Shown in pieces: positions 56,811 to 64,000 of a stretch of DNA of 64,000 nt. The DNA lies in NCBI GenBank assembly GCA_003157015.1, contig PMIJ01000092.1, positions 6,731 through 70,730 on the forward strand. The letters run 5' to 3'. Numbering within the stretch: position 1 is the stretch's first letter; every line of letters starts with the position of its first letter. Position numbers and translations under genes: made by a program. This DNA is from Bacteroidales bacterium. GTDB lineage: Bacteria > Bacteroidota > Bacteroidia > Bacteroidales > VadinHA17. The notes under the pieces are model-generated. The model searched no databases. It saw only the letters and a program-made list of their open reading frames with translations, and was not told where the DNA came from.

Positions 56811-58076
56811 TTATGGTTTCCCTGAATTGTACATTAGTGTGATCAGAGCAGGTGTCAGAACCGAATGATAGATGGCGACGTCATCCAATAGGCCTTTAAA
56901 ATGGCCATTGGCAGGTACTGTATAATCTGCCCAGCTATCAGGAATTGTCGGACTTACCTTGTCCTGGATAAATCCAAAAACAAGTGAATTATTGGCAGCA
57001 GTCCCGGCAAATTTCAGACCGGTAGCATTTAACAGCGGAACAGGATACAGATTAAAATCCTGTGCCTTCATTTCCTGGCCATTTATATACATGGTACCAA
57101 TCTTGGTAGTATGGTCATAGGTACAAACAACATGGGCCCATTGCTGAGCTAACAGACCATTGACACCTGTTCCGTTATTTGCGACAAGGTTTTTGCTGAA
57201 GGTCCATCCCTGCCATCCACCATTGTCCTTTGTAGCACCTGTGCCATCAAGCCACAAATCCTGTGAGGTACTTCCGCCTGTATAGCTGTATTGTGCTGCC
57301 AGTTTGCATTGGCCTATCTGTGCAGTAGCGCCTGTACCATATATATTACTGTTGTACTCAAATTGGAACCCATACCATCCGGCCAGTCCCAGTACGAATT
57401 GATCCCTTTTTGCAGTAGTGTCATCTTTCATCCAGAAACTTATGGAGAAGTCAGCGGAATTTTCCAATACATCCCCACCAGGAATCTCAATAAGAGATGT
57501 GGTTCCGTTAAAGCTTGCTGCCTGACCTGAAGCTGCATTACGACCTGTTACATAGGTTATGTCGGTGACACCACCTGTTGCAGCGTTATATGCTCCTGTC
57601 TGGTCATTGGCGTTTCCGTCAAAGTTCCAATAGGCAACCATTCCTGCTGGGAGAAATGAACCCACTGTAGTGAATGAACGGTTGGTCGCTGTGAGCAGCT
57701 GCCCATCGGAAGCCTTTAGCCCGGCCGAGATGGCGAGATTATATAGAGCACCATTGTCCAGATTTGCGGTAGGTGTTATGGTAACAACCGTCGCCGCAAC
57801 TGTGATAGTCAAAGGGACAGAAACATTGTTATAATCCTCCGTAAGAGTTATGTTACTGGTTGTTGCAGTTGTTGCATCAACAGGAGTAGTAAAAGTGGCA
57901 GTAATGGTGGGCAATACGGGTACGTTCGTAGGAGCAGTGGCGGCATTAAGATCAATAGTGCCAACCATCAATGTCCCCAGGTTAATAGGGGCAGGATTAC
58001 TTTTTTTGCAACTGTCTATTAGAAAAACAGTTGTCATCATCATTAAAACACTAAGAATTAGAATCTTTCTTTTCAT
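56811..58076 (-). CDS. Surface glycan-binding-type lipoprotein: Ig-like domain plus LamG/concanavalin-like domain
   Basis: It has the lipobox LIDSC and an Ig-like segment (YNLAISAGLKASDG). The LamG-like region is YWNFDGNANDQTG...ASFNGTTSLIEIPGG...FSISFWMK. It occupies the SusE/F-like position after susD. Confidence 0.55.
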   Translation of the reverse strand: MKRKILILSVLMMMTTVFLIDSCKKSNPAPINLGTLMVGTIDLNAATAPTNVPVLPTITATFTTPVDATTATTSNITLTEDYNNVSVPLTITVAATVVTITPTANLDNGALYNLAISAGLKASDGQLLTATNRSFTTVGSFLPAGMVAYWNFDGNANDQTGAYNAATGGVTDITYVTGRNAASGQAASFNGTTSLIEIPGGDVLENSADFSISFWMKDDTTAKRDQFVLGLAGWYGFQFEYNSNIYGTGATAQIGQCKLAAQYSYTGGSTSQDLWLDGTGATKDNGGWQGWTFSKNLVANNGTGVNGLLAQQWAHVVCTYDHTTKIGTMYINGQEMKAQDFNLYPVPLLNATGLKFAGTAANNSLVFGFIQDKVSPTIPDSWADYTVPANGHFKGLLDDVAIYHSVLTPALITLMYNSGKP

Positions 58077-58122
58077 AATAGTCATTTATTTAATTATACA
58101 TATCGAATGGGATTGAATCATA

Positions 58123-59610
58123 CTAATAATCAGGATTTTGTGTTAAAGAACCTTGTGAAATATCTATTTCACTCTGATGGATAGGCAATAATTCGTTTTT
58201 GCCGGGGACAAATCCCAAAGGACCAAGAACCGTGGCTGCATTTCCTGTACGGACAAGATCCCAAAACCTTTCTCCTTCCAAAGCAAGTTCATGCCGACGT
58301 TCCAGTAATATTTTATCCCTGAGCAAACTTTGATCAGTAACAATAACATCCGGCAATATCGAATTGTTCCCACCCCTGGCTCTATTTCTCACCTGATTCA
58401 AATAAATAAGGGCATTTGCCGCTTTACCATCTTCATTCAAGGCTTCAGCTGCCATTAGCAATACATCGGCATATCGGATCAACCTTCGATGGTGTGCCCA
58501 TTGAGTAGGGGTATCGTTTCCCGGTGTCCACACTTTTCTGTTATAACACTGGATATTGAGAGTATCACCATTTTGATTCAGTACTATAACAGGATCGTTG
58601 GCTGGATCAGGATCTCCCTTTATATATACACCATCTATGGTATCACCCAGATCTATGATAGTACCTTTCAGTCGGGGATCACCCCGTTCAAAAGACTTCC
58701 TTAAATCAACAGAAGGCCTGTTGAATCCCCATCCCCTGTTAGGCGTCCCCCGAACTCCCTGGGTGTTAGCATATTGAGCGCCTCCACCTTCATAATCTTC
58801 TACACCCAGTGCCCCTACTTCGAAAATTGATTCGACACCATTATTACCGTTCACCCCGTTAGCGTCAATGAAATGGGGCTCAAGAGAATACTCGTTTGAT
58901 TGAATAACTTTCAGAGCATATAATTCTGCATTAACAAAATCTTTCTGAAAAAGGTAAACTTTTGCCAGCAAGGCTTCTGCCGCCCCCGAAGTGGCCCTTC
59001 CCTGATCAGAGGAGCTTAGTTCACTCTTTTTTGTCAGATTGGCTTCAGCATAAAGCAGGTCTGAAACTATGAGACTATATATTTCTGTGGTTGTTGCCCG
59101 GCCAAGGTGCAATGAAGGATCAAGAGTGGTCACTTCGGGCACTCCTCCCCAGGCACGGACCAGATCGAAATAGAAGAGTCCCCTCAGAAATCTTGCCTCA
59201 CCTACATAACGGTTTCTTAAAGTTGTATCCATAGGAACGACTGATACCTTTTCAATGACCACATTGGCCCATTTGATGCCCTGGTATAATGTGGCCCACC
59301 AACGATCCAAGCCATCACCAGTGGTATTGAAAGTGAAATTATCATAAGCTCCGACAGTGGTTAACTGGTCATTGGTATTGCTGCCTTTATATGCATCATC
59401 AGACATAATATCCAGAATAGGGTATCCACCTGAATTATAATACCAGTTTCTTACTGCTGCATAAACGGCATTGGTCGCCTGCAAGGCATCTGTGGAAGAG
59501 GTGGGGAAAGAAGCTTGAGTAAGGTCTCCCTGGGGATCAATCTTTAAAAAGTCGGTACATCCTGATATCAGTATGAACAGACAGAACAATATAATAATAT
59601 TTATTTTCAT
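58123..59610 (-). CDS. susD: SusD/RagB-family nutrient-binding outer membrane lipoprotein
   Basis: It has the lipobox ILISGC and TPR-like SusD strings (RFLRGLFYFDLVRAWGGVP, RRHELALEGERFWDLVR). It lies directly downstream of the SusC-like gene. Confidence 0.85.
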   Translation of the reverse strand: MKINIIILFCLFILISGCTDFLKIDPQGDLTQASFPTSSTDALQATNAVYAAVRNWYYNSGGYPILDIMSDDAYKGSNTNDQLTTVGAYDNFTFNTTGDGLDRWWATLYQGIKWANVVIEKVSVVPMDTTLRNRYVGEARFLRGLFYFDLVRAWGGVPEVTTLDPSLHLGRATTTEIYSLIVSDLLYAEANLTKKSELSSSDQGRATSGAAEALLAKVYLFQKDFVNAELYALKVIQSNEYSLEPHFIDANGVNGNNGVESIFEVGALGVEDYEGGGAQYANTQGVRGTPNRGWGFNRPSVDLRKSFERGDPRLKGTIIDLGDTIDGVYIKGDPDPANDPVIVLNQNGDTLNIQCYNRKVWTPGNDTPTQWAHHRRLIRYADVLLMAAEALNEDGKAANALIYLNQVRNRARGGNNSILPDVIVTDQSLLRDKILLERRHELALEGERFWDLVRTGNAATVLGPLGFVPGKNELLPIHQSEIDISQGSLTQNPDY

Positions 59611-59615
59611 AACAA

Positions 59616-62600
59616 TCAGAAGGTTAAGTTAATGCCAAAGGAATAAACCGAAGTTACCGGATAGGTTCCGTAATCAATCCCGTTGGAAAGAACATCGGAG
59701 CTTCCAATTTCAGGTGTATAACCTGTAAACTTGCTAAGAGTATAAATATTGGAGCCTTTTATATAGATCCGCACCTGACTAACTGCTATCTTTCTGGTTA
59801 AAGCTGATGGCAGCGTATAACCCAGAGTTACGTTTCTAAGACGGGTAAATGATCCATCCTGAATAAACTTGTCTGAAGGCAAATAATTATTCCCTCCATA
59901 CGAAGCTATGGGTTCTGTGTTGCTTGTCCCGGGTCCGGTCCATGCTCCGAGAACATGCTTTTCCCAGTTGTAAGGATCGGGTCTGACAACCTCCTTGGCA
60001 TTGAATATCTTATTGCCATAAACTCCCTGGATATCAACGGAAAAGTCGAATCCTTTATAATCAGCTTCCAAATTAAGTCCTAAAATGAATTTAGGTATAG
60101 GAGATCCAATATATGTACGGTCATTGCCATCTATCTTTCCGTCGTTGTTCACATCAACAATCCGCAAGTCGCCTGGAACTGCTGTAGAAAGATGTGGATA
60201 AGCATTCAGATCCTCAATACTCTGAAATATGCCATTGGTTTTGTATCCATAAAAAGCTCCGATAGGCAATCCTACCCTGCTTTGGGTAACCGGGATCCCG
60301 TTAGCCAGATATCCACCGTATAATACTGAATCGATTCCACTGCTTCCCCCTACTTTTAATACTGTGTTCTTAATGGTTGATCCCAAAACTGTAATGCTGT
60401 AACCTACCTGTCCTATCTTGTCTTTCCAGGTAATCTTGCTTTCAAAGCCGGTGTTTTTAACAGAAGCTGCATTGAATTCTACTTTGGCACCCTGTCCGTT
60501 TCCAAGGTAGTCGGGTGTGGACAATGGGATCAGAATGTTGCTGGTGACTCTATTATAATAGTCGAATTCTCCTGTGAGTTTATTCTTGAACAGGCCGATT
60601 TCCAAACCGGCATCACCCTGAGTTGTACTTTCCCATTTCAGGTTTGGGTTACCTGAAACAGAATATGTGACAGCTGAATTTGTTGATGGTGGGTTTCCAA
60701 GAACTGTTACCACACTCTGAGTCAGAGAATATTGATTGGTATAAGCTATTTTATCATTTCCTATTATTCCCCAGCTCCCACGCACTTTTAAATTCGAAAT
60801 AAAGGGTAGATTTTCCATGAAGTGCTCCTTGGAAACATTCCATCCTGCAGCAAAGGAAGGGAAATTGCCGTATCTGTTACCCGGACTGAATTTGGATGAT
60901 CCGTCGCGACGAAAAGTAGCTGTTAAAATATATTTTGAATTATAGGTATAATTAGCCCGGAAAAGGTACGAGATCATTGAGTAGTTTTGATTGGGATCAA
61001 CTCCATTGGAAATTGTACCAAGAGTATTAACTCCATTTGTGGGATCATATATATAATTAGGGTTGAAGTACCAGAAATCCGGTGAAGTGCGGATTATGTT
61101 TTTTCCTGTCATTGCGAAATTCTCAGATGTAGCTTTCTGCATGGTATAACCTGACACAATATCTATGGAATGAACACCAAATTGCTTATTGTAAGAAAGT
61201 GTATTTTCCCAGAGCCATGTGATATTGTCGCTATTTCCTTTGGTGAGCGTGTTCAACAGATTTTGTTGCTGAGGCGAAACAAAATATTCCGGGGCAAAAC
61301 TTATTGCCTGGTTATAGGCAGCATCCAGTCCAAAGCTTGTTTTGGCTTTAAAATCTTTCAATATCGTAGCTTCTGTAAAAAGATTGCCCACTCCCCGAAC
61401 CCCTTTGTTATAATTATTGGAATATGCCAGATCAGCCAGGGGATTTCCTACATTAAATACTTGAGCAAAACTACCGTCCTGATTATATGGAAGAAGATCC
61501 GGCCGGGCACGATAAGCTGAATAAGTCACATCAGGTGCATTCTGTTGCTTATAAGGAGTAATTGTTATAAAATTACTCACCTTAATATTCTTTGTCAGGG
61601 AATAAGTATTATTTAATTTGAAAGTTACTCTTTCATAACTTGACTTATCTACTATCCCTTCCTGTTTGAAATAACCTATACTTACATAATACTGATTGTT
61701 TTGAGTAGCACCGGAAGCCGATAACTGATGGCTCTGTATGGAAGCTGGATGAAAAATAAGCGATTGCCAGTCGGTATTTGGGACCAGATTGACATTATTG
61801 TATGTCGGGGTAATTTCATTAACTACGGTAGCATATTCTGGTCCGGTAAGCAAATCTATTTTTTTTGCCAATAACTGCACACTATATTCTCCTGAATAGC
61901 TAAAAACGGCTTTTCCTTCACCACTTTTTCCGGTCTTGGTGGTTACCAGAATGACACCATTAGCTCCCCTTGAGCCATAAATTGCTGTGGCTGAAGCATC
62001 TTTAAGAATTTCCATTGAGGCAATATCTTCCGAATTAAGAAATGAAATATCATCCAGAATCACTCCATCGACCACAAAGATGGGAGAGCTGTTGCCAAAA
62101 GTGCCCACACCTCTGATGCGAAGAGTTGGTATCGCTCCGGGTGCCCCGGAAGTACTTGTAACCTGAACACCTGCAACCTTACCCTGTAGTGATTGCTCAG
62201 GGTTCAGGGAAGTGATTTTTGTAAGATCAACTGATTTTACTGATGCTACCGATCCGGTCAAATCGCTTTTCTTGACAGTACCATAACCAATTACCACGAC
62301 CTCGCCCAATTCCTTGGCTTCCTCGAGTAACTTTACGTTTAAGTTCGTATTGCCAGCAACCGGAATCTTCTGAGTGGCCATGCCTAACATTGAAATTACC
62401 AGAGTGTCACTCGGAGAAGCAACAATTACAAAAGCTCCTTCAATATCGCTGAAGGTGCCTCGCAATGTATTCTTAACCTGTACGGATGCACCTACAACAG
62501 GAATATTCTTATCATCAGTTATTTTCCCTTTTACAGACTGTTGAGAAAATATGGGAAATAGAATAACCTGTGAAATAAAAAACAGGATTAATTTTTTCAT
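59616..62600 (-). CDS. susC: SusC/RagA-family TonB-dependent outer membrane transporter
   Basis: It has an N-terminal CarboxypepD_reg-like domain (VKGKITDDKNIPVVGASVQVKNT), a plug (GYGTVKKSDLTGSV, IRGVGTF, PIFVVDGV) and a terminal aromatic (...FGINLTF). It is 994 aa. Confidence 0.9.
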   Translation of the reverse strand: MKKLILFFISQVILFPIFSQQSVKGKITDDKNIPVVGASVQVKNTLRGTFSDIEGAFVIVASPSDTLVISMLGMATQKIPVAGNTNLNVKLLEEAKELGEVVVIGYGTVKKSDLTGSVASVKSVDLTKITSLNPEQSLQGKVAGVQVTSTSGAPGAIPTLRIRGVGTFGNSSPIFVVDGVILDDISFLNSEDIASMEILKDASATAIYGSRGANGVILVTTKTGKSGEGKAVFSYSGEYSVQLLAKKIDLLTGPEYATVVNEITPTYNNVNLVPNTDWQSLIFHPASIQSHQLSASGATQNNQYYVSIGYFKQEGIVDKSSYERVTFKLNNTYSLTKNIKVSNFITITPYKQQNAPDVTYSAYRARPDLLPYNQDGSFAQVFNVGNPLADLAYSNNYNKGVRGVGNLFTEATILKDFKAKTSFGLDAAYNQAISFAPEYFVSPQQQNLLNTLTKGNSDNITWLWENTLSYNKQFGVHSIDIVSGYTMQKATSENFAMTGKNIIRTSPDFWYFNPNYIYDPTNGVNTLGTISNGVDPNQNYSMISYLFRANYTYNSKYILTATFRRDGSSKFSPGNRYGNFPSFAAGWNVSKEHFMENLPFISNLKVRGSWGIIGNDKIAYTNQYSLTQSVVTVLGNPPSTNSAVTYSVSGNPNLKWESTTQGDAGLEIGLFKNKLTGEFDYYNRVTSNILIPLSTPDYLGNGQGAKVEFNAASVKNTGFESKITWKDKIGQVGYSITVLGSTIKNTVLKVGGSSGIDSVLYGGYLANGIPVTQSRVGLPIGAFYGYKTNGIFQSIEDLNAYPHLSTAVPGDLRIVDVNNDGKIDGNDRTYIGSPIPKFILGLNLEADYKGFDFSVDIQGVYGNKIFNAKEVVRPDPYNWEKHVLGAWTGPGTSNTEPIASYGGNNYLPSDKFIQDGSFTRLRNVTLGYTLPSALTRKIAVSQVRIYIKGSNIYTLSKFTGYTPEIGSSDVLSNGIDYGTYPVTSVYSFGINLTF

Positions 62601-62912
62601 AAGTCAGGGACATTTTCATCAAAGTAATTAAATAACAACCTCAGGGCGAAAAAGTTGTAGTAAATTTCACTTTCTCAATGAAAATTTCCCAATGTCCTGC
62701 TACTCAACAACAGTACAACATTGATTTTTTAGCTCTTGATTATGAATAATTTATAAATTCAATTTTTCTTTTATAAATTAATGTAATGAGGGATTTTAAG
62801 AAGGTCAAATGTCAGAAACCTGATTTAATCAACCTCATACTAACTATCTGATATAGTTTAATCCAAATCCAAACGGGAATAAAGGATTGGCGGAATCATA
62901 TTATGGTTTGTA

Positions 62913-64000
62913 TCAGGTTGACCTTAAATAAAAAACCACACCTGCCGTACCGACCTTTTCAAAAAATCTGTTAAATGATCTTCTAATGGCATTCTTGTCT
63001 AGCATAATCAGGCGATTATCAACCTGACGCATCAGGGTGTTCAATACTGCTACACTTATTTCATACCCCCCTGGTTTATTGCGCAGCATCCATAGGTGAC
63101 GGTTTTCATTAAGATATTGTGTACCAAGCTCCTTCAGAAATTTCAATTGTGATTTCTCATGAGCAAGGTCAAGACTACTGCGAAAATGAATATAACTCTG
63201 CAGTCCTGCCCCCAATCTGATGAGTCTGATTGAATTAAGGTATTCATCCCTGATAAGAAGGCTATCGGCCGATTTGATTTTGACATTTGTCAGCAACACT
63301 TCTTTTGAATCGAGGAATTTATTCAGGCCATCATAATCAAAAGAGTGCCTGTTTTCATAATTTTCTTTCAAGATAGAAATCATCTCCGGTGCAATATCTT
63401 TCATTAAATCGCTTATGCCTTTTATCGCTTTTTCGAAAATTGCCGAGATCATAATCCTGTCGTGCAGTCCTAACTGCAGTGATAACATTGTAGTGGTCAT
63501 ATTAAATAGAGGAAATTCTTCGTACTTATTATATCGCCCAAGGTTCAGTGCAAGATCGCCCATTAAGGAGCTTTTATCCCTAAATACATAGGAATTCAGA
63601 AATGAGCTTAAATCCATATTTTCACGGCTATTGCGGTTCCAGCTAAAAGCGGCTCCGGCAGTGTACCCTGCATAACTTACCGGCAAATATTGCCAGTGTC
63701 CCATATCTCCCCAATCGGTAAGCAGCATTCCCATGGCACCGTATTTTACTCCGCTTTTTACAGCTAATTCAATATTTGCGAGCATATTGTCGGTACGCCC
63801 TGTAATAGAGGTCCAGCTGCTTGTGCCGGGACATACCATATAATTCAGTCCTGATTTCTGCAGAAGCACTCCATGTTTTTCGTAAGGATAGCCCGATTCA
63901 TAACCCCAGTCAAGCAGGGTGATGTCTTTTGGAATTTTTGGTATAAGCTCAGGATGCCTCAGTACAATATCACCCCACATCATCATCTTCCTGTTTTTCC
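62913..64000 (-). CDS. Glycoside hydrolase, GH20-like (beta-N-acetylhexosaminidase family), 3' part; the 5' end lies beyond the window
   Basis: The reading frame stays open upstream of the listed Met to the window edge. MWGDIVL.HPELIP...LLTDWGDMGHWQ is a pattern I associate with family-20 glycosylhydrolases. A C-terminal helical domain follows. Confidence 0.4.
   Translation of the reverse strand, partial: KNRKMMMWGDIVLRHPELIPKIPKDITLLDWGYESGYPYEKHGVLLQKSGLNYMVCPGTSSWTSITGRTDNMLANIELAVKSGVKYGAMGMLLTDWGDMGHWQYLPVSYAGYTAGAAFSWNRNSRENMDLSSFLNSYVFRDKSSLMGDLALNLGRYNKYEEFPLFNMTTTMLSLQLGLHDRIMISAIFEKAIKGISDLMKDIAPEMISILKENYENRHSFDYDGLNKFLDSKEVLLTNVKIKSADSLLIRDEYLNSIRLIRLGAGLQSYIHFRSSLDLAHEKSQLKFLKELGTQYLNENRHLWMLRNKPGGYEISVAVLNTLMRQVDNRLIMLDKNAIRRSFNRFFEKVGTAGVVFYLRST

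Noticed and set aside
63955-64000. Apparent extra base at the 63960/63961 line junction (the printed text reads ...cctc cag..., the last printed line has 41 characters, and the ORF translation LRHPEL requires ...cct cag...), which could look like a frameshift in the GH20-like gene
   Set aside because: The ORF track translates straight through, so this is a printing artefact of the sequence block, not a biological frameshift. My hand-counted coordinates in the last 40 bases may be off by one.
1-64000. Search for CRISPR arrays, rRNA genes, transposases/IS ends, integrases, toxin-antitoxin pairs, restriction-modification or other recognisable defence genes
   Set aside because: I found none by reading the ORF products and the intergenic spacers. 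The only repeats seen are the short word/hairpin elements reported above.

Overview
This is an AT-rich chromosomal segment that looks like Bacteroidota: it carries T9SS/gliding genes, a SusC/SusD locus, TAnnTTTG-type promoter boxes and no Shine-Dalgarno-like leaders. I support about 45 protein genes and one tRNA-Ser(CGA). I recognised no rRNA, CRISPR array, transposase, integrase or phage gene. All calls come from reading the sequence and recognising motifs; I ran no searches.

Gene blocks in order:
- 1-4.1 kb: envelope biosynthesis (LpxL-like acyltransferase, GT2, metallophosphoesterase, murF).
- 4.1-11.5 kb: a T9SS/gliding island (gldJ, porP/sprF-like, porU, porV), followed by ispF.
- 12-30 kb: housekeeping genes (hutU, Nif3 plus Zn-ribbon protein, MerR plus two tandem M23 peptidases, alaS, acyl-CoA ligase, a lipoprotein/barrel pair, a Na+/solute symporter, recR, an aminotransferase, a lone E2 acyltransferase).
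- 30.3-39.2 kb: four tandem paralogues with a PorE-like chassis (TPR plus TolB/PD40 propeller) and swapped C-terminal anchors (TM helix, none, SPOR, OmpA plus SPOR), followed by a GNAT gene.
- 39.8-46.1 kb: rlmN-family gene, an unknown secreted protein, an M3 peptidase, the tRNA-Ser and a NupC-type transporter.
- 46.3-50.2 kb: a small heme-binding protein, then a cluster of a Cys-less L,D-transpeptidase paralogue, two catalytic L,D-transpeptidases and a helical lipoprotein ending in lysines.
- 50.5-62.6 kb: a polysaccharide utilisation locus (SusC, SusD, LamG lipoprotein, two GH144-like enzymes) with a membrane-spanning propeller-LuxR one-component regulator.
- 62.9 kb to the window end: a partial GH20-like gene.

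The leads most worth a second look are:
- the PorE-like paralogue array;
- the lipoprotein/L,D-transpeptidase cluster, a possible Braun-lipoprotein analogue;
- the kinase-less transmembrane regulator of the locus;
- a family of intergenic CACAGAG/CACGGAG word repeats with GC-rich hairpins.
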